Below are positions 1 through 12,147 of a stretch of 64,000 bases of DNA, one piece after another. How positions within the stretch are numbered: position 1 is the first letter of the stretch; each line of letters opens with the position of its first letter. The translations under genes were made by a program, and so were the position numbers. The notes below the pieces were generated by a model. It worked only from the letters and a program-made list of their open reading frames with translations. It had not been told where the DNA came from and made no database searches. The stretch is taken from positions 93,310,001-93,374,000 of the forward strand of contig JAGIQG010000009.1 of the NCBI GenBank assembly GCA_024679065.1, read 5' to 3'. This DNA comes from Sphyrna mokarran (lineage: Eukaryota).

Positions 1-1339
1 CAGCTGAATTCCCAACGATCAACCATTGACCAGAAATTTGATTAGAATAGCTATAAAAATAATTTAGCTATAAGGACACGACAGAGGTGAATAATTCTCT
101 AGTGAGTAATTCACTAACCAGCTTCCTCAAATACATGGACCATTTAGAAAGCACAATTCATGAGTGTTAACTTTTTCAGTAGAGGAATATCTGCCAAAAC
201 TCACCACACAGGCATCAGGGAACACAGTTTTATTGCAGCCTCACTCACTTCACATGCCAAACGACAAGTGCGCTCTCAGGGTGGACCATAGGCAGATCAC
301 CCCACACTCCAGGTCACCTGACCATTTCCCTTAAAGTGGCTACACTCCAATATAGATGACAGGAAACATGAAATATTCTCCCTTTATATCAGCGCAGCTC
401 CAACAAAGAAGAAACTCAACAGTATCAAGGACAAAGCAGCTTGTGATCGGCATCCCATCACCTTTAACTTCCACTCTCTTCATTACCGACCCATGGTGGC
501 AATAATGTATACCACTGACAAGATTAATTTCATTAAGTCACAAAGTCTCCTTAAAAAGCTGCTTCCAAATCTACAAGCACTACCACCTTGAAGAAGAAGC
601 ACAACTTCCTGTAATTTTATGCTGCACTACTTCCAAGGCCAATTTATCTTTTCTAAAAGTATGGTGCACAGAATTGTACACAGTGCTCTGGATGTGGTTG
701 AATATAGACTGTTCACAATATAAAAGACATTCTGATCTACCAAGTTCCAAACTGGTTAGTTTCTCACATTCCTACACTAAATTCTGTCAGCCATACTCAC
801 TTTCTCTCAATGTCTTATATTAATATCATGTGCCTGTCCACACCACTTACGATATCACTAATGTTTGTGTGCTACAGATAGGTAAACTCTCTATTTCTCT
901 AATGGGCAGCACAATGGCAAATTTCATAACATCTTTCTCCTATCAACTAATTTTTCAAAAGAGTACACCAGATACAAACTTTGCTTTGCAAATCCATGCT
1001 GTGATTCTTCAATCATCTCAAATTTAACTAACAGGGCTGTATTTTCCTGATTTCTTTATTTAAATAGTGGAATTACATAAGTAATTTTCCAAAGTATGAG
1101 ACAATTCCATAAAATTTGGGAGATAATGGCTACAATACCTACTTTCTTTAAAATTCTAGGGATGTGAGAGCTTTTAATGTTGTTACTTTCTCTAATGCTG
1201 TTTTCTTGTTTACATTAATTCCAGTCCACAGAATTCACTGGGGATCAAGGACTGAGAGAAAAATTACCCTCTTCGTAGAATGTGAATATTGATAAAGGCT
1301 GAATGAGACATTCAGAAGAATGTATCATTCATTAATAAA

Positions 1340-1605
1340 TGGAGTGACATAATGGCTCAAATTGCTGCCTCACAGCGCCAGGGACAAGGGTATCAATTCT
1401 CTCTTGGGTTACTGTCTGTGCGGATTTTGATGTTCTTCTTGTGTCTAGATAGATTTCTTCCAGATACTCCCGTTTCCTCTCTCAGTCTGAAAGACATGTT
1501 GGTTAGGTGCAACAACCTGAAGAGGCGCGAGTAGGGCAAGTTCACAGTAGCTTTGTTGCAATGTTAATATAAGCCTTACTACTGATTAATGCATCAACTT
1601 TAATT
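1340..1605 (+). mobile_element. Decayed tRNA-derived V-SINE (HE1-like)
   Basis: Head gctgcctcacagcgccagggac and degenerate V-domain tgtctgtgcggatttt...ccgtttcctctctcagtctgaaagacatg. Confidence 0.7.
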
Positions 1606-1727
1606 TAAGTTTACTCACGTTTTATGAAAGAAACCATATTACCCATTTCTTTTACAATATTTTTGTTAAAACTGTGCAAATCTTCATGAAAGTTTCATTT
1701 TGAATTTCATGCAGTAGCTTTTAATGT

Positions 1728-2820
1728 AAGGCTGCTGAGCAAGGTAAGCGCTGAACGTGTTCAAGGCAAGTTACTAGCATGGATAGAAAATTGGCACACC
1801 AGCGGAAGGCAGCAAGTGAGGATAAAAATGGGTCCTTTTCAGGGAGGCAGCCACTGACGAATGGAGCTCTGCAGGGTTCAGTATCGGAACCACAACTTTT
1901 CACTTTATACAATCATGGTCTAGATGAAGGAACTAAGAATATTTTGGCTCAGTTTGTAGATGATACAAAGAGAGATGCAAGGAAAGATAATACTGGATGG
2001 GGGAGGCTACAGAAGCACCTGAACAGGTCAGGAGAGTGGACAAAGAAGTGGCAGATGGAATAAAATGTACAGAAGTATGAAGTTATACACTTTGATAGGA
2101 AGAATAGAGGAATTGACTATTTTCAAAATGGGGAGTGATTTCTAAAATTGGAAGTGCAAGATGACTTTGGAGTCCGAGATCAGGATTCTCTCAAGATTAA
2201 CTTGCAGGTTGGGTTGGTAGTTACAATGCTGAATGCAATGTTAACATTCATCTTGAGAGGACTGCAATATAAAAGCAGGGATGTATGGCACTGGAGCATT
2301 ATGAGCAATTTTGGGGCCCCCATCAAGGGAAGGGTGTGCTGTCCTTAGAGATAGTCTGGTGGATGTTCACAAAAACAACCCCAGGAATTAAAAATTTAAC
2401 ATATAAAAGAGTGTTTGAGGACTCTGGGTCTATGCTCAAAAGGAGTTTAGAGGGATATGGGTATCTCATTAAAACAGAATGCTGAAAGGTCTGGGTGAAG
2501 TGGATTTGGGGAAAATGTTTCCATTAGTCAGAAAAGCTAAGTTCCAACCTCAGAGTAAAGGGGCCACCCTATAGAATCGTGATAAAGAGGAATTTATTCA
2601 GCCAGAGGATGGTGAATCTGTAAAATTCATTGCCACAGAAGGCTGTGGAAGCTAGGTCATCAAGTATATTTAGGCAGCAATAGATAGGTTATTGATTGGT
2701 AAATCAGATCAAAGTTGTGGGGGAAAAGGAGGAAAAAAGCAATTGAGAAATTTAGTCATCCATTGAATGCAGAGCAAACCTGAAAGGCTGAATGACCAAA
2801 TCCTGCTTTTTATCTTGTGA
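1728..2820 (+). mobile_element. Old 5'-truncated CR1-clade LINE (RT C-terminus and 3' UTR), decayed
   Basis: GALQGSV..QLFTLY...FVDDTK motifs, ..WQME*, and a CR1-type 3' tail. Confidence 0.85.
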
Positions 2821-3489
2821 TATTAAGGCTAAGCATAACTTGCCAGCTTGAGTAATTGTGCTTCTCTTTAAGTCCAAAGTCTGTACTAAGCTAAATTATT
2901 CTTTCAACTTCTCCCACTGTTTGTCTCAATGTTTAACAGGCAATACTTTTGATCAGTTTGCTATAATCAGTCTGTGTTTCATCTCATTAATAACAAGTCT
3001 TACCAAAATGTAAGATCTCAGACGCTAGCATTTTTTTTTGAATCCAACATTGAGCAGTGATCATGGTAGATCACATTCAATAAACGTTCCTTTTTTTTTG
3101 TGAAGTGAATTATATCTGGTTCATTGCTCAATCCCAAATCAAAAACACCTTGCCCTCGGCTTGGTTCTGAAACATTATGGCAGAAAGCTGCGTTGAATTA
3201 ATATATTAAATATTTTTCCTGACATCAGTTACAGTGGTTTTCTTAATTCGTGAAATTTAAAGTTTCACATTAAAAAGAAATCTCTTGGTTTGCTATAAAT
3301 CTGTCTAATCTCTTCATTAACATGTTCTGTCACTTTGTGCAGACAGCCTGTAGACATTATATTCATATAATCATTTTATATTTCACAATCCAAACTGAAA
3401 TACAATCCTCAACTTATCTAACTCCTCTCTTTTTAAAATGTTAGAATATTCCAAGGCAATATTAATTATCTCAAGCAAAACCTAGATTA

Positions 3490-3880
3490 GTCAATTGTCA
3501 GCTTATCCATTAGATTGTGGCCTCTCCTCCTGGAAACATATTCCCCATGTCCCTTCTATCCAGGCCTTTCATTATTCTGTAAGTTTCAATGAGATTCGTA
3601 CCCCACACCCTTCCAACCCCAGCATCTTTCCAAACTCCATCGAGTACAGACTTAAAGACTTCAGCTTTTCATTCCTGGGATCAGTCATTCTTGTGAACCT
3701 CCTCTGGACCCTGTCCAAGGCCAGAACATCCTTCCTCAGAAAGGAGTTTAAAATTGCTCACAATATTATAAATGTGGTCTGAGCAGAGCCTTACAAAACC
3801 TCAGCAATATATTCCTGCTTTTGTATTCTCATCCTCTTGAAATAATTGCTAACATTGCATTTGCTTTCCTAACTACCAAA
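3490..3880 (-). mobile_element. Decayed CR1 fragment
   Basis: Reverse complement carries CR1 ORF2 C-terminal motifs (..[25 protein letters not shown]). Confidence 0.7.
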
Positions 3881-3963
3881 TTAAAAGGCAGATCAAAGAA
3901 ATATGATTACAACATTTTAAACATTACTGACAGACTCGACTGTATAGTCACTGTTCCTCTTAC

Positions 3964-4236
3964 CCCAGTTTCTGGTCTCCACTCCAATGCTGCTGTGTTC
4001 ATACATACAGGAATAAATGGCTCTGTCACTCAACTCAATCTGCGCCCATCTCCTGAGCTGGCAAGTGCCATTGTGGTTGGGCAGCATGCCTGTAGAATAT
4101 GTATCCATGATCGGCTTGCCATTTCTCAGGAGAATGACTTCGATATCACATGGGTAAAATCCAGTGAGGAGGCAGGAGAGTTGCATCCATTTAGTGGCCG
4201 ATGCCTTGTTCACAGAAACAAACACCTGTGGTGCAA
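3964..4236 (-). CDS. MHC class I heavy chain, exon 4 (alpha3, Ig C1-set domain)
   Basis: tctctcag acceptor, 273 nt, gtaaga donor. Translation APQVFVSVNK...LSCLLTGFYP.DIEV...LPNHNGT.QL...YSCMYEH...NW. Confidence 0.96.
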
Positions 4237-5046
4237 CTGAGAGATATCAAAATAGATCAGAGTTAAGTTTATGCGTGTCACCCTTAAACTGGAATTAGAT
4301 CTCTGACCCCAGAAATACAAAATCTCAGAAACGTCAGAGCAAAAGGGGTCATTTGGCTCCCTGAGTCTGCACCAAACGAGGATCATTCATTTCTGTTTAA
4401 GTATTCTAATGCCCTCTTGAATGCCTTGAGTGAACCTGCCTCAAACTTGCAGAATGTGGTTTACAGATCAGACTCACTGTGTGAAAGATTTTCTTGCATC
4501 ACATTTGCTTCCTTTTCAAATCACTTCAAATCTGTGCCCCTGTTTTATGAGCAAGAACAGTCTTTTCCTTGATCTATCCTGTTTGACAACCTCATCATGA
4601 TTTCGAGGAACTCTATCACATCAGTCTCAAACACTCCAATTTAGTCTCATAACTGAAGTTGCTGATCTGTGGAATCATTCTTGTCAACCTCTTCTGCACT
4701 TTTTACAATGTATCCATACCTTTCCTTTAGCATAACAGCTGTACATGTACAGAATTTTTCAGCTGAGGTCTAACTAATATCTTTATAAGTTCAGCAGAAT
4801 CTCCTGTACCCTATGTCCCTATTAATAAAACCAAGAAAGCTATCAAATTTAATAACTCCACCAGTCCTGTCACCTTCAATAATCTATGCACATATAGAAC
4901 AAAGTCCCTCTACTCCTTAATTCATTTAAAAATTACTTTATATTGGCTCTCCATATTCTACCTACGAAAATGCATCACTTCAGACTTTCCTCCAATGAAG
5001 CTCATCTGTTACTTATCTGCTCATTCCATTCATTTATCTATGTTCT

Positions 5047-5318
5047 TAGAATCTTATGGTGCAGAAGGTAGCATTCCATCCATTGAGCCTGCACTAATCA
5101 CAATCCTACCCTTGTCCCCCTGACATAAGGGGCAATTTAGCATGGCCAATCCATCTAACCTGTATATCCTTGGACAGTGGGTGGAATGAGGAGGAAACCC
5201 ACGGAGAAAAAGGGAAAATGTGCGAACTCCACACAAACAGTGACCTAAGACAGGAATTGAACCCGAGTCTCTGAAGCTATGAGAAAGCAGTGCTCACCAC
5301 TGTGCTATCATGCTGCCC
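5047..5318 (-). mobile_element. V-SINE (HE1-like)
   Basis: Reverse complement of gggcagcatgatagcacagtgg...tgtgtggagttcgcacatt...ggattggccatgctaaattgcccct. Confidence 0.85.
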
Positions 5319-5447
5319 TAACTAAGAACCAAATTTTTTTGAAGTTCCACACTGTCTTTTTGACAATACTTCCAAGTTTTGTGTCATTCACAAACTTCAA
5401 AATTTTGCCTGGCACACCAGAGTCTAGATCATTAACATTATCATATC

Positions 5448-6365
5448 AGGTACTGGGTTCACTGTTACTTGTCATTTATATCAATGATTTGGATGAGAAT
5501 TCAAAAGGCACAGTTAGTAAGTTTGCAGATGATACCAAGATTGGTGGTATAGTGGAGGTTATCTAGGATTGCAATGGGGTCTTGATCAATTTGGCCAGTG
5601 GGCTGAGGAATGGCAGATGGAGTTTAATTTACATAGCAATGCATTTTGGTGAATCGAACCAGGATAGGACTTGCTCAGTTAATTGTCAAGTGTTGGGGAG
5701 AGTTATAGAACAAAGAGATCTAGGGGTATAGCTCTTTGAAAGTTGAGTCAGAAGTGGACAGAGGGGTGAAGAAGGCCTTGGTATGCTTTGTTTCATTGGT
5801 CAGAATATGGAATATAGGAGTTGAAACAGTTGGTTAAGTTCTGGAAGACATGGAATACCGTGCACAATTTTAGACACCCTAATAAACTAGAAAGAGTGCA
5901 GAAAAGATTTACTAGGAACAACCCAGAGGTGATGGTTTGAATTATAAGGAGAGCTGGATAGACAGATTTTTTTTTTCTTCCCTGGAGTGGAGGAGACATA
6001 GGGGTGATCATATAGCGATCTATAAAATCATGGGCAGCATAGATTAGCTAGATACTCCCAAAGTTGGGGGAGTCTAATACTAGAAGGCATATATTTAAGG
6101 TGAGAGGGGAAAGATATAAAAAAAGAGTCCAGAGGGGCAATCTTTTTACACAGAGGGTGAAATAAGTTGCCACAGGTAGCAGTAGAAGTGGGTACAATTC
6201 TGTCTTTTTAAAAACGTTTAGACAGTTACATGTGTAAGATGGCCATGGAAGGATATAGGCCAAATGCGGACAATTGAGGCTAGGGGGTTAAAAAAAAGGG
6301 GGGGGGGGCAAATGGACAAGTTGGGCCAAAGGCTGGTTTCCATACTGTAAACTTCTATGATTCTA
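5448..6365 (+). mobile_element. 5'-truncated CR1 LINE
   Basis: [27 protein letters not shown], with tail ttctatgattcta. Confidence 0.88.
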
Positions 6366-7291
6366 AAATCAAGGGCCCCAACACCTCTACAAACTTTCCG
6401 CTAGCTCAAAATAGATCCATTGATCATTATTCTATGATATCTATTATTCAGCCAATTGTCCATTAGGGTGCTATAGTCCCTTTTATTCCATGAGGTATAA
6501 CTCCTTTCTCAATTCTGGCACTGTATTAAATGCTTTCTGAAAGTCCACATACATCACATCAACAGTGTTGCCCTCATCACTGTTATTTTCTGTTACCTCC
6601 TTAAAACATCCAGCATGTTTGTTAAACATGATTTCCCCTCTGAGAATCCATGGTCTTCCTAATTAATTAACATTTTTTCATGTGACCAGTAATTCCATTC
6701 CAAATAATTGATACCAGAAGTTTGCCAACAAGTGATTTTAAATTAACTGGCTTGTAATTCCTGTGATTATTCTTATAAATCTGTTTTGAAGAAGGGTGTA
6801 ACTTTAATGGTTCAATTCTGACCTTGTGTGACTGTGTGGGCATTGTATATTTTTTCCCTATACTTGTAGCTTTTTTTTTTAAATTGCTCTGGTTTCCTCC
6901 CATAATCCAAGGAAGTGCAGGTTAGGTGGATTGGCCACGGTCAATGCATGGAGTTACAGGGACAGAAGAGGGAGTGGACCTCAGAAAATTCTCGTTTGGA
7001 ATCTCGGTGCAAACTCAAATGAGCCAAATGGCTTCCTTCTGCATTGTAGGGATTTTATAGATTTGCAATTCTCCAGACCTCTGACAGCTCCCCTGACTCT
7101 AGAGAAGGCAGGAAGATTATGACTGGCACCATTGCAATTGTCATTCTTACTTCCTTTAATATCTTTGATGCATGTCAGGGAATGGTGTGGATCCCCTTAA
7201 AATGGGGATTGGGAAATAGATCTCCAGTCCGAATTGCAGAATTTCAAAACATTCCTGCTAACTGACTGTTAATATCCTTTTCCTCACTCAC

Positions 7292-7564
7292 AGGGTCTCA
7301 GTTCCTGTTCTCCATCCTTCAGGTATTTCTTCAGTGACTCAATGCATTCCTGCTCCAAGTAACGCTTCACGTGCTTGTTAAAGCCAGGGGTCTGGTCCCA
7401 CCTGTTCTTGCTCACTTCTCCCCAGTTCACACGAGTTACCCAGACCATGTGATCCTTATCAAAGTTGACATAATCTTTCCCATCCCAGCCGAACTGCTCA
7501 AATCCACTGGTGCTTCCATCATTCCTCATCTCACAACCATACATTAGTTGATAGGTGTGGATTC
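7292..7564 (-). CDS. MHC class I heavy chain, exon 3 (alpha2 domain)
   Basis: tgacag acceptor, 273 nt, gtgagt donor. Translation GIHTYQLMYGCE...GWDGKDY...YLEQECIESLKKYLKDGEQELRP has the C101/C164 pair. Confidence 0.97.
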
Positions 7565-7871
7565 CTGTCAATCAAACACACACAGTCAGAACTTGTTTAA
7601 AAGATAACTGTTATCCTCCATTGAGGAGGCAGAGAGACACTGGCATGTGAGAGGGAACGGGGAGCTTGAGGGGCAGGCAGGCAGAGAGACAGGCAGATGG
7701 GCAGGCAGAGAGACAGTGACACAGACGTACAGTGGGAGGAAAAAGAGACTGATATGAGGATAAGTAGAAAGACATTTTGCAGATCGAGGAGGCATGGAAA
7801 AACGGAAAGACATAGTGAAATTAAGAGGCATGGAGTGAATTGAGAAACAAGCAGGTGAATACAGGCACCAA

Positions 7872-8157
7872 ATCTACAGTGCAGGAAGACAGAATTTGGC
7901 CCATTGAGCCTGCACCGACAACGAGCTCGCTCAGGTCCCGTAACCCCATATATTTAGCCTCCTAATTCTCTGACACAAAGGGTCAAGGTGGCATGGCCAA
8001 TTAATCTAACCTGAACACCTTTGGACTGTGGGATGAAACTGGAGCACGAGAAGAAGCCCATGGGGAAAATGTGCAAACTCCAGACAGTTACTCGAGGCCA
8101 GAATTGAACCCACATCCCTTACTTTATGAGGCTGCAGTATTAATGACTGTGGGCACC
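7872..8157 (-). mobile_element. V-SINE (HE1-like)
   Basis: V-domain reverse complement ctttggactgtgggatgaaactggagcac...tgtgcaaactcc. Confidence 0.8.
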
Positions 8158-8651
8158 CCTTATGGGTAATACATAAGAGGACAAGTGACATGGGAGGGAA
8201 TAGAATGATAGTGGCTTGTAGGGATTGGGGGGTTGGGTTGGGATGGGAGTGGAAAGTAATGGAGACATATGGGAAAGGGCTAGAATCCCAAGACATGTAA
8301 AAGGTAGAAATAGTCAATGATTGGCCTCCCACCATTGGTATATCTTTGGAAGGGGGTTCACCCTGGAATCTGATAATCCCCATTTCCAGTATGAGGGTGA
8401 TTTCCCACGCTCCTCTGAAGATGGACCTCTGCAACACTATTAGCCCCTACCAGCTACCCCAACTCTGCTCACTACCCTGGGACACAAGCAATTCTGTCTC
8501 CATCTCCATCTCCCGTCCTTCAGCTCATTCCTAACACCAATCCACCACATTAGATATACATGTAAACAACTGCCTGGTTCCCCACTCTCAGTGTGTCACC
8601 CCTTGCCAGCCTATTGAATTAACTGTGCACAGTGAGACAGCAAGCACTCAC

Positions 8652-8912
8652 CATCTGTCTGGTTGGTCCGCTTCATGATGATCTGAATACTGATTGTCAG
8701 AGCCTGTTCCCATTCCCGTGCAGTCTGTGTTTGCTGCTTCCAATACTCAGGACCTTTGCTGTCTGCCATCCAGCACTGTCGAGGTATCATCTCCTTCCGA
8801 TTGCTGTCATACAGCACAAACTCCATATCATCCACATAGCCAACAATCACAAACTGTGGAAGACCAGGAATTGGGGTCATTGATGTAAAGAAATACCGGA
8901 GAGAGTGAGAGT
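8652..8912 (-). CDS. MHC class I heavy chain, exon 2 (alpha1 domain), shark UAA-like
   Basis: tgtttcag acceptor, 261 nt, gtgagt donor. Translation (D)SHSLRYFFTSMTPIPGLPQFVIVGYVDDMEFVLYDSN...GPEYW...KRTNQTD has Y7, Y59, R84 and the N86 glycosylation motif. Confidence 0.97.
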
Positions 8913-8974
8913 CTGAAACACAGAGACACGCATCAGGGGATGAACCCAAAACATCAGCCCCATACAGAGGAGGA

Positions 8975-9155
8975 NNNNNNNNNNNNNNNNNNNNNNNNNN
9001 NNNNNNNNNNNNNNNNNNNNNNNNNNNNNNNNNNNNNNNNNNNNNNNNNNNNNNNNNNNNNNNNNNNNNNNNNNNNNNNNNNNNNNNNNNNNNNNNNNNN
9101 NNNNNNNNNNNNNNNNNNNNNNNNNNNNNNNNNNNNNNNNNNNNNNNNNNNNNNN
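8975..9155. other. Assembly gap (181 N) in MHC intron 1
   Basis: Run of N. Confidence 1.
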
Positions 9156-9639
9156 ACAGAACATCTAGCATGAACCTCCAAACCAAAAAAAAAACAACCC
9201 CATAAGAGAAGCAAAATGGGAGGAAGCTTTGTAAATAATGGCCAGTTACATTGGACATCATCAGCTAGTTACAGGCCAAACTATGGGCCAGTGGCACTGA
9301 ATATTGTCTGATATAGATGGGATCTGTGAACCACTCTTCTCCCTTCTATTAAGGGTCTTGTCTCCAAAGTGACCAGAGAGAATAATCATTGCCTGAGTGG
9401 CTAAACCCAACACCTCATAGGTCAGATACTTAACCTCCTCCGAGAAAAAATATCAACATTGCTGACAGACTGAGGAAGATGGTCCTGGGGGTTACTTAGC
9501 CACTGATAGACTAAGAGCATGACATAGAGCAATTGACAGACTCAGAGGGTTCTGGCTGGCCCACCCACTGATATGCTATGGAAGGAGGCTCTAGTTTACT
9601 CCTGAACTAAAGAGACTGGTGTCCCAGATATAATCAACC

Positions 9640-10100
9640 TCAGGTTCTGACCTGAAATGGGGGTGTTTGCTGATGACTGCACCATGTTCAGCACATTCAT
9701 ATTTCCTCAGGAATACAAGCAATCCATGCCCAAATGCAGGAATACCTGGATAATATCCAAGTTTGAACTGAGAGTTGGCAAGAAACATTCGTGCATGAGT
9801 GCCAGGAAGTGGCCATTTATCACAAGATCACCCCTTGACATTAGATGACTTTACCATCTCTGAATCCCCCACTATTAGTACTGCGGATTACTACTGACCA
9901 GAAACTGAAGCGAACAAGCCATATAAATATGTGACTACAAAGGAGATCAGAGGCAGCAGCGAATAACTCACTTCCTGACTTACAAAAGCCTGTCCAATAG
10001 CTAAAAGTAATAGAAAAAAATACTTTCCACTTGCCTGGCTGAGTCCAGCTCCACTAACATCATGGAACAACATCATGGAACAACAAGAATACACAGAAAG
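9640..10100 (+). mobile_element. Decayed L2/CR1-type LINE fragment
   Basis: GVFADDCTMF RT motif and downstream LINE-like sequence with stops. Confidence 0.6.
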
Positions 10101-10270
10101 ATTGGCACTATAGGGAATCAATAACTTATACTAAATTCCATTCCTTTTGTGCCAGTTGTTGTTATTGTTTTATCAAGTTTTGGTATTCTGTTTATTTTTA
10201 TTATATTATTTTGAGTAAACTATTACAATCTTTTAGAATAGAGAGATTGTTTCAAGTAATTTGTACTTGT

Positions 10271-10598
10271 CATAAAATCCCTACAGTACGGAAAGAGGCC
10301 ATTCCGCCCATTGAATCTTCAGTGACCACAATCTCACCCAGGCCCTTTCCCCATATCACTACATATTTACTCACTAATCCCTCTAACCTATACACCTGAG
10401 AACATTAAGGACAATTTTAGCATGGCCAAAATCGACCTAACCCGCACACCTTTGGACTGTGGGAGGAAACCAGAGGAAACTCATGCATACGAGGAGAATT
10501 TGCAAATTCGACACAGATAGTGACCCAAGCTGGCAATTGAACCCAGGTCCCTGAAGCTGTGAAGCAGCAGTGCTAACCACTGTGCTACTGTGCTGCCC
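10271..10598 (-). mobile_element. V-SINE (HE1-like), near full length
   Basis: tRNA-like head gggcagcacagtagcacagtggttagcactgctgcttcacagc, V-domain and CR1-like tail. Confidence 0.9.
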
Positions 10599-12147
10599 AT
10601 CTGTATTGTATTTGTGCATGTTAGGAATAAACTACAACCTTATATTTAATTGATTTTTTTATGTATTTAAAAAAGATGAAATCTGGATTTTGGTTTCACT
10701 TTAAAGTAGAACCAGAGATTCTGAGGCTCAGTTTGTGCACTAACATTTTTAATGTGGTATTACGATGCCTGACATGAACAGCTGCATTTCTGAGCTACTG
10801 ACCCCCTTAGTAAAGCACAAGAAAAGAATATGCTGTTGCCCAGAAACAGACCTACAGAGAAAGAAAGTTTTATTTACAGGTCAGACTATTCCACAAAAAC
10901 TGCCAGAGCAAGTAGGATAGAAATTGCAGAGATGAGATTTCCCAACAGAAGATAAAAGGTCTCATAAGACAAGGGTGTGGAAGATAAAGAAAGGAGGGCC
11001 CATGAAAATCTTCTAGTCAAAATAAAATGACAAGAATCTAGAATAGATCCTATTCAGTGAAGTTAAAATAAGCAGAGAAAATGCTTTGAAATGTAGAAAC
11101 CTGCAGGTAGCTATACCATGGGCCAATGTGAGCTTTCAAGAAGCCACATTGAGGAGACAGCCAAATGTGGACAATATCATACTATGGGCCTGTGAAACAA
11201 AGATATTGTGATGGACCAGTCTGGAAGTTGTTAGCAGCATTGGAAGCTGCCAAAGGATGGCCTTTCACTCACTGTTTTGAACTGGTTATGAACATTAGTT
11301 AACCAGAGTAGGAGTATTCTTGCAGAACACATCTGCTATGATGTGGTGCTTGCTGGCCACTTAAATTTTGGAGACAATAAAGCTGCCTTGCCCATAGCAG
11401 GATATCCAGATCATAGGTACATAAATTGAACAGAAATTGTTTCCTCCTGACTGGATCAATGGTGTATGGGAATGCCAATAAAACTGTTGTCTATGAGAGC
11501 TGATATGCAGTATTGCACACTCCTGCAGAAATAGCAGGTCGGCTCTGGTGTTGGCAAGGAAATCTCAGGTTGCAAACCAACGCATAGCACTGCACATGTT
11601 AATAAATACAATCCTTATCATCATTTTAGTGTTCGCTAAGCAGCTCTATTGTTTTTCCACAGGTGGTTGGTTCCTGTGCAGCCACAGGCCAAAATTCTCT
11701 GGTCTTACATACCCTGTTACCACTGTTAGCAGGAACACAGAGTTTGGTGATCAGCCAAGTCTTCCTTCACAATACAGGGAAAGGAGGATCCCAGCTGCAG
11801 GCGAGGTCAGAGTAAACTGGCCATAGTATTTGCCTAAAACCATCCTGGCTTATTAAATTACAATTGTTCAATCAGCTGTGTATGCATGAGCACGTGCACA
11901 AAAATGTGAATTTTGTATTTTTTTTTGTAGAAGTCTCTTTTCCCTCAGAAGTTGCTATTCCCAGTTTCACACAGTTAGGATCCAACAAGCACTTCAGTTT
12001 CCAAACTAGCCTTTTCGTTATCTCCAATATTTTAGAGCTCAGGTATTTCATCCTCCAGTTCCCAAGAACTTTGCCATTCTTCTAGTGCTAGTCTTGTCCT
12101 TCACCTTCAAAGCATTAGACTCTGTCACCCAAGTCAAATGTGAGTCA

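Larger units (their letters stand above)
4330..7180 (-). mobile_element. Old minus-strand CR1 split by a SINE and a plus-strand CR1
   Basis: CR1 3' region at 4330-5440 and RT-region remnants at 6370-6800 and 7060-7180 (NYKPVNLKSLVGKLL). Confidence 0.65.

Noticed and set aside
1-3963. TM and cytoplasmic exons of the class I gene
   Set aside because: No hydrophobic AG/GT-bounded exon was found on the minus strand; they probably lie left of the window, so no truncation or secreted form is claimed.
8611-9261. 216-aa ORF and overlapping X-containing ORFs
   Set aside because: Artefacts of reading through the N gap; only 8652-8912 is a real exon.
10271-10598. SINE heads as tRNA genes
   Set aside because: The tRNA-like heads continue into a V-domain and LINE tail and do not form a cloverleaf.
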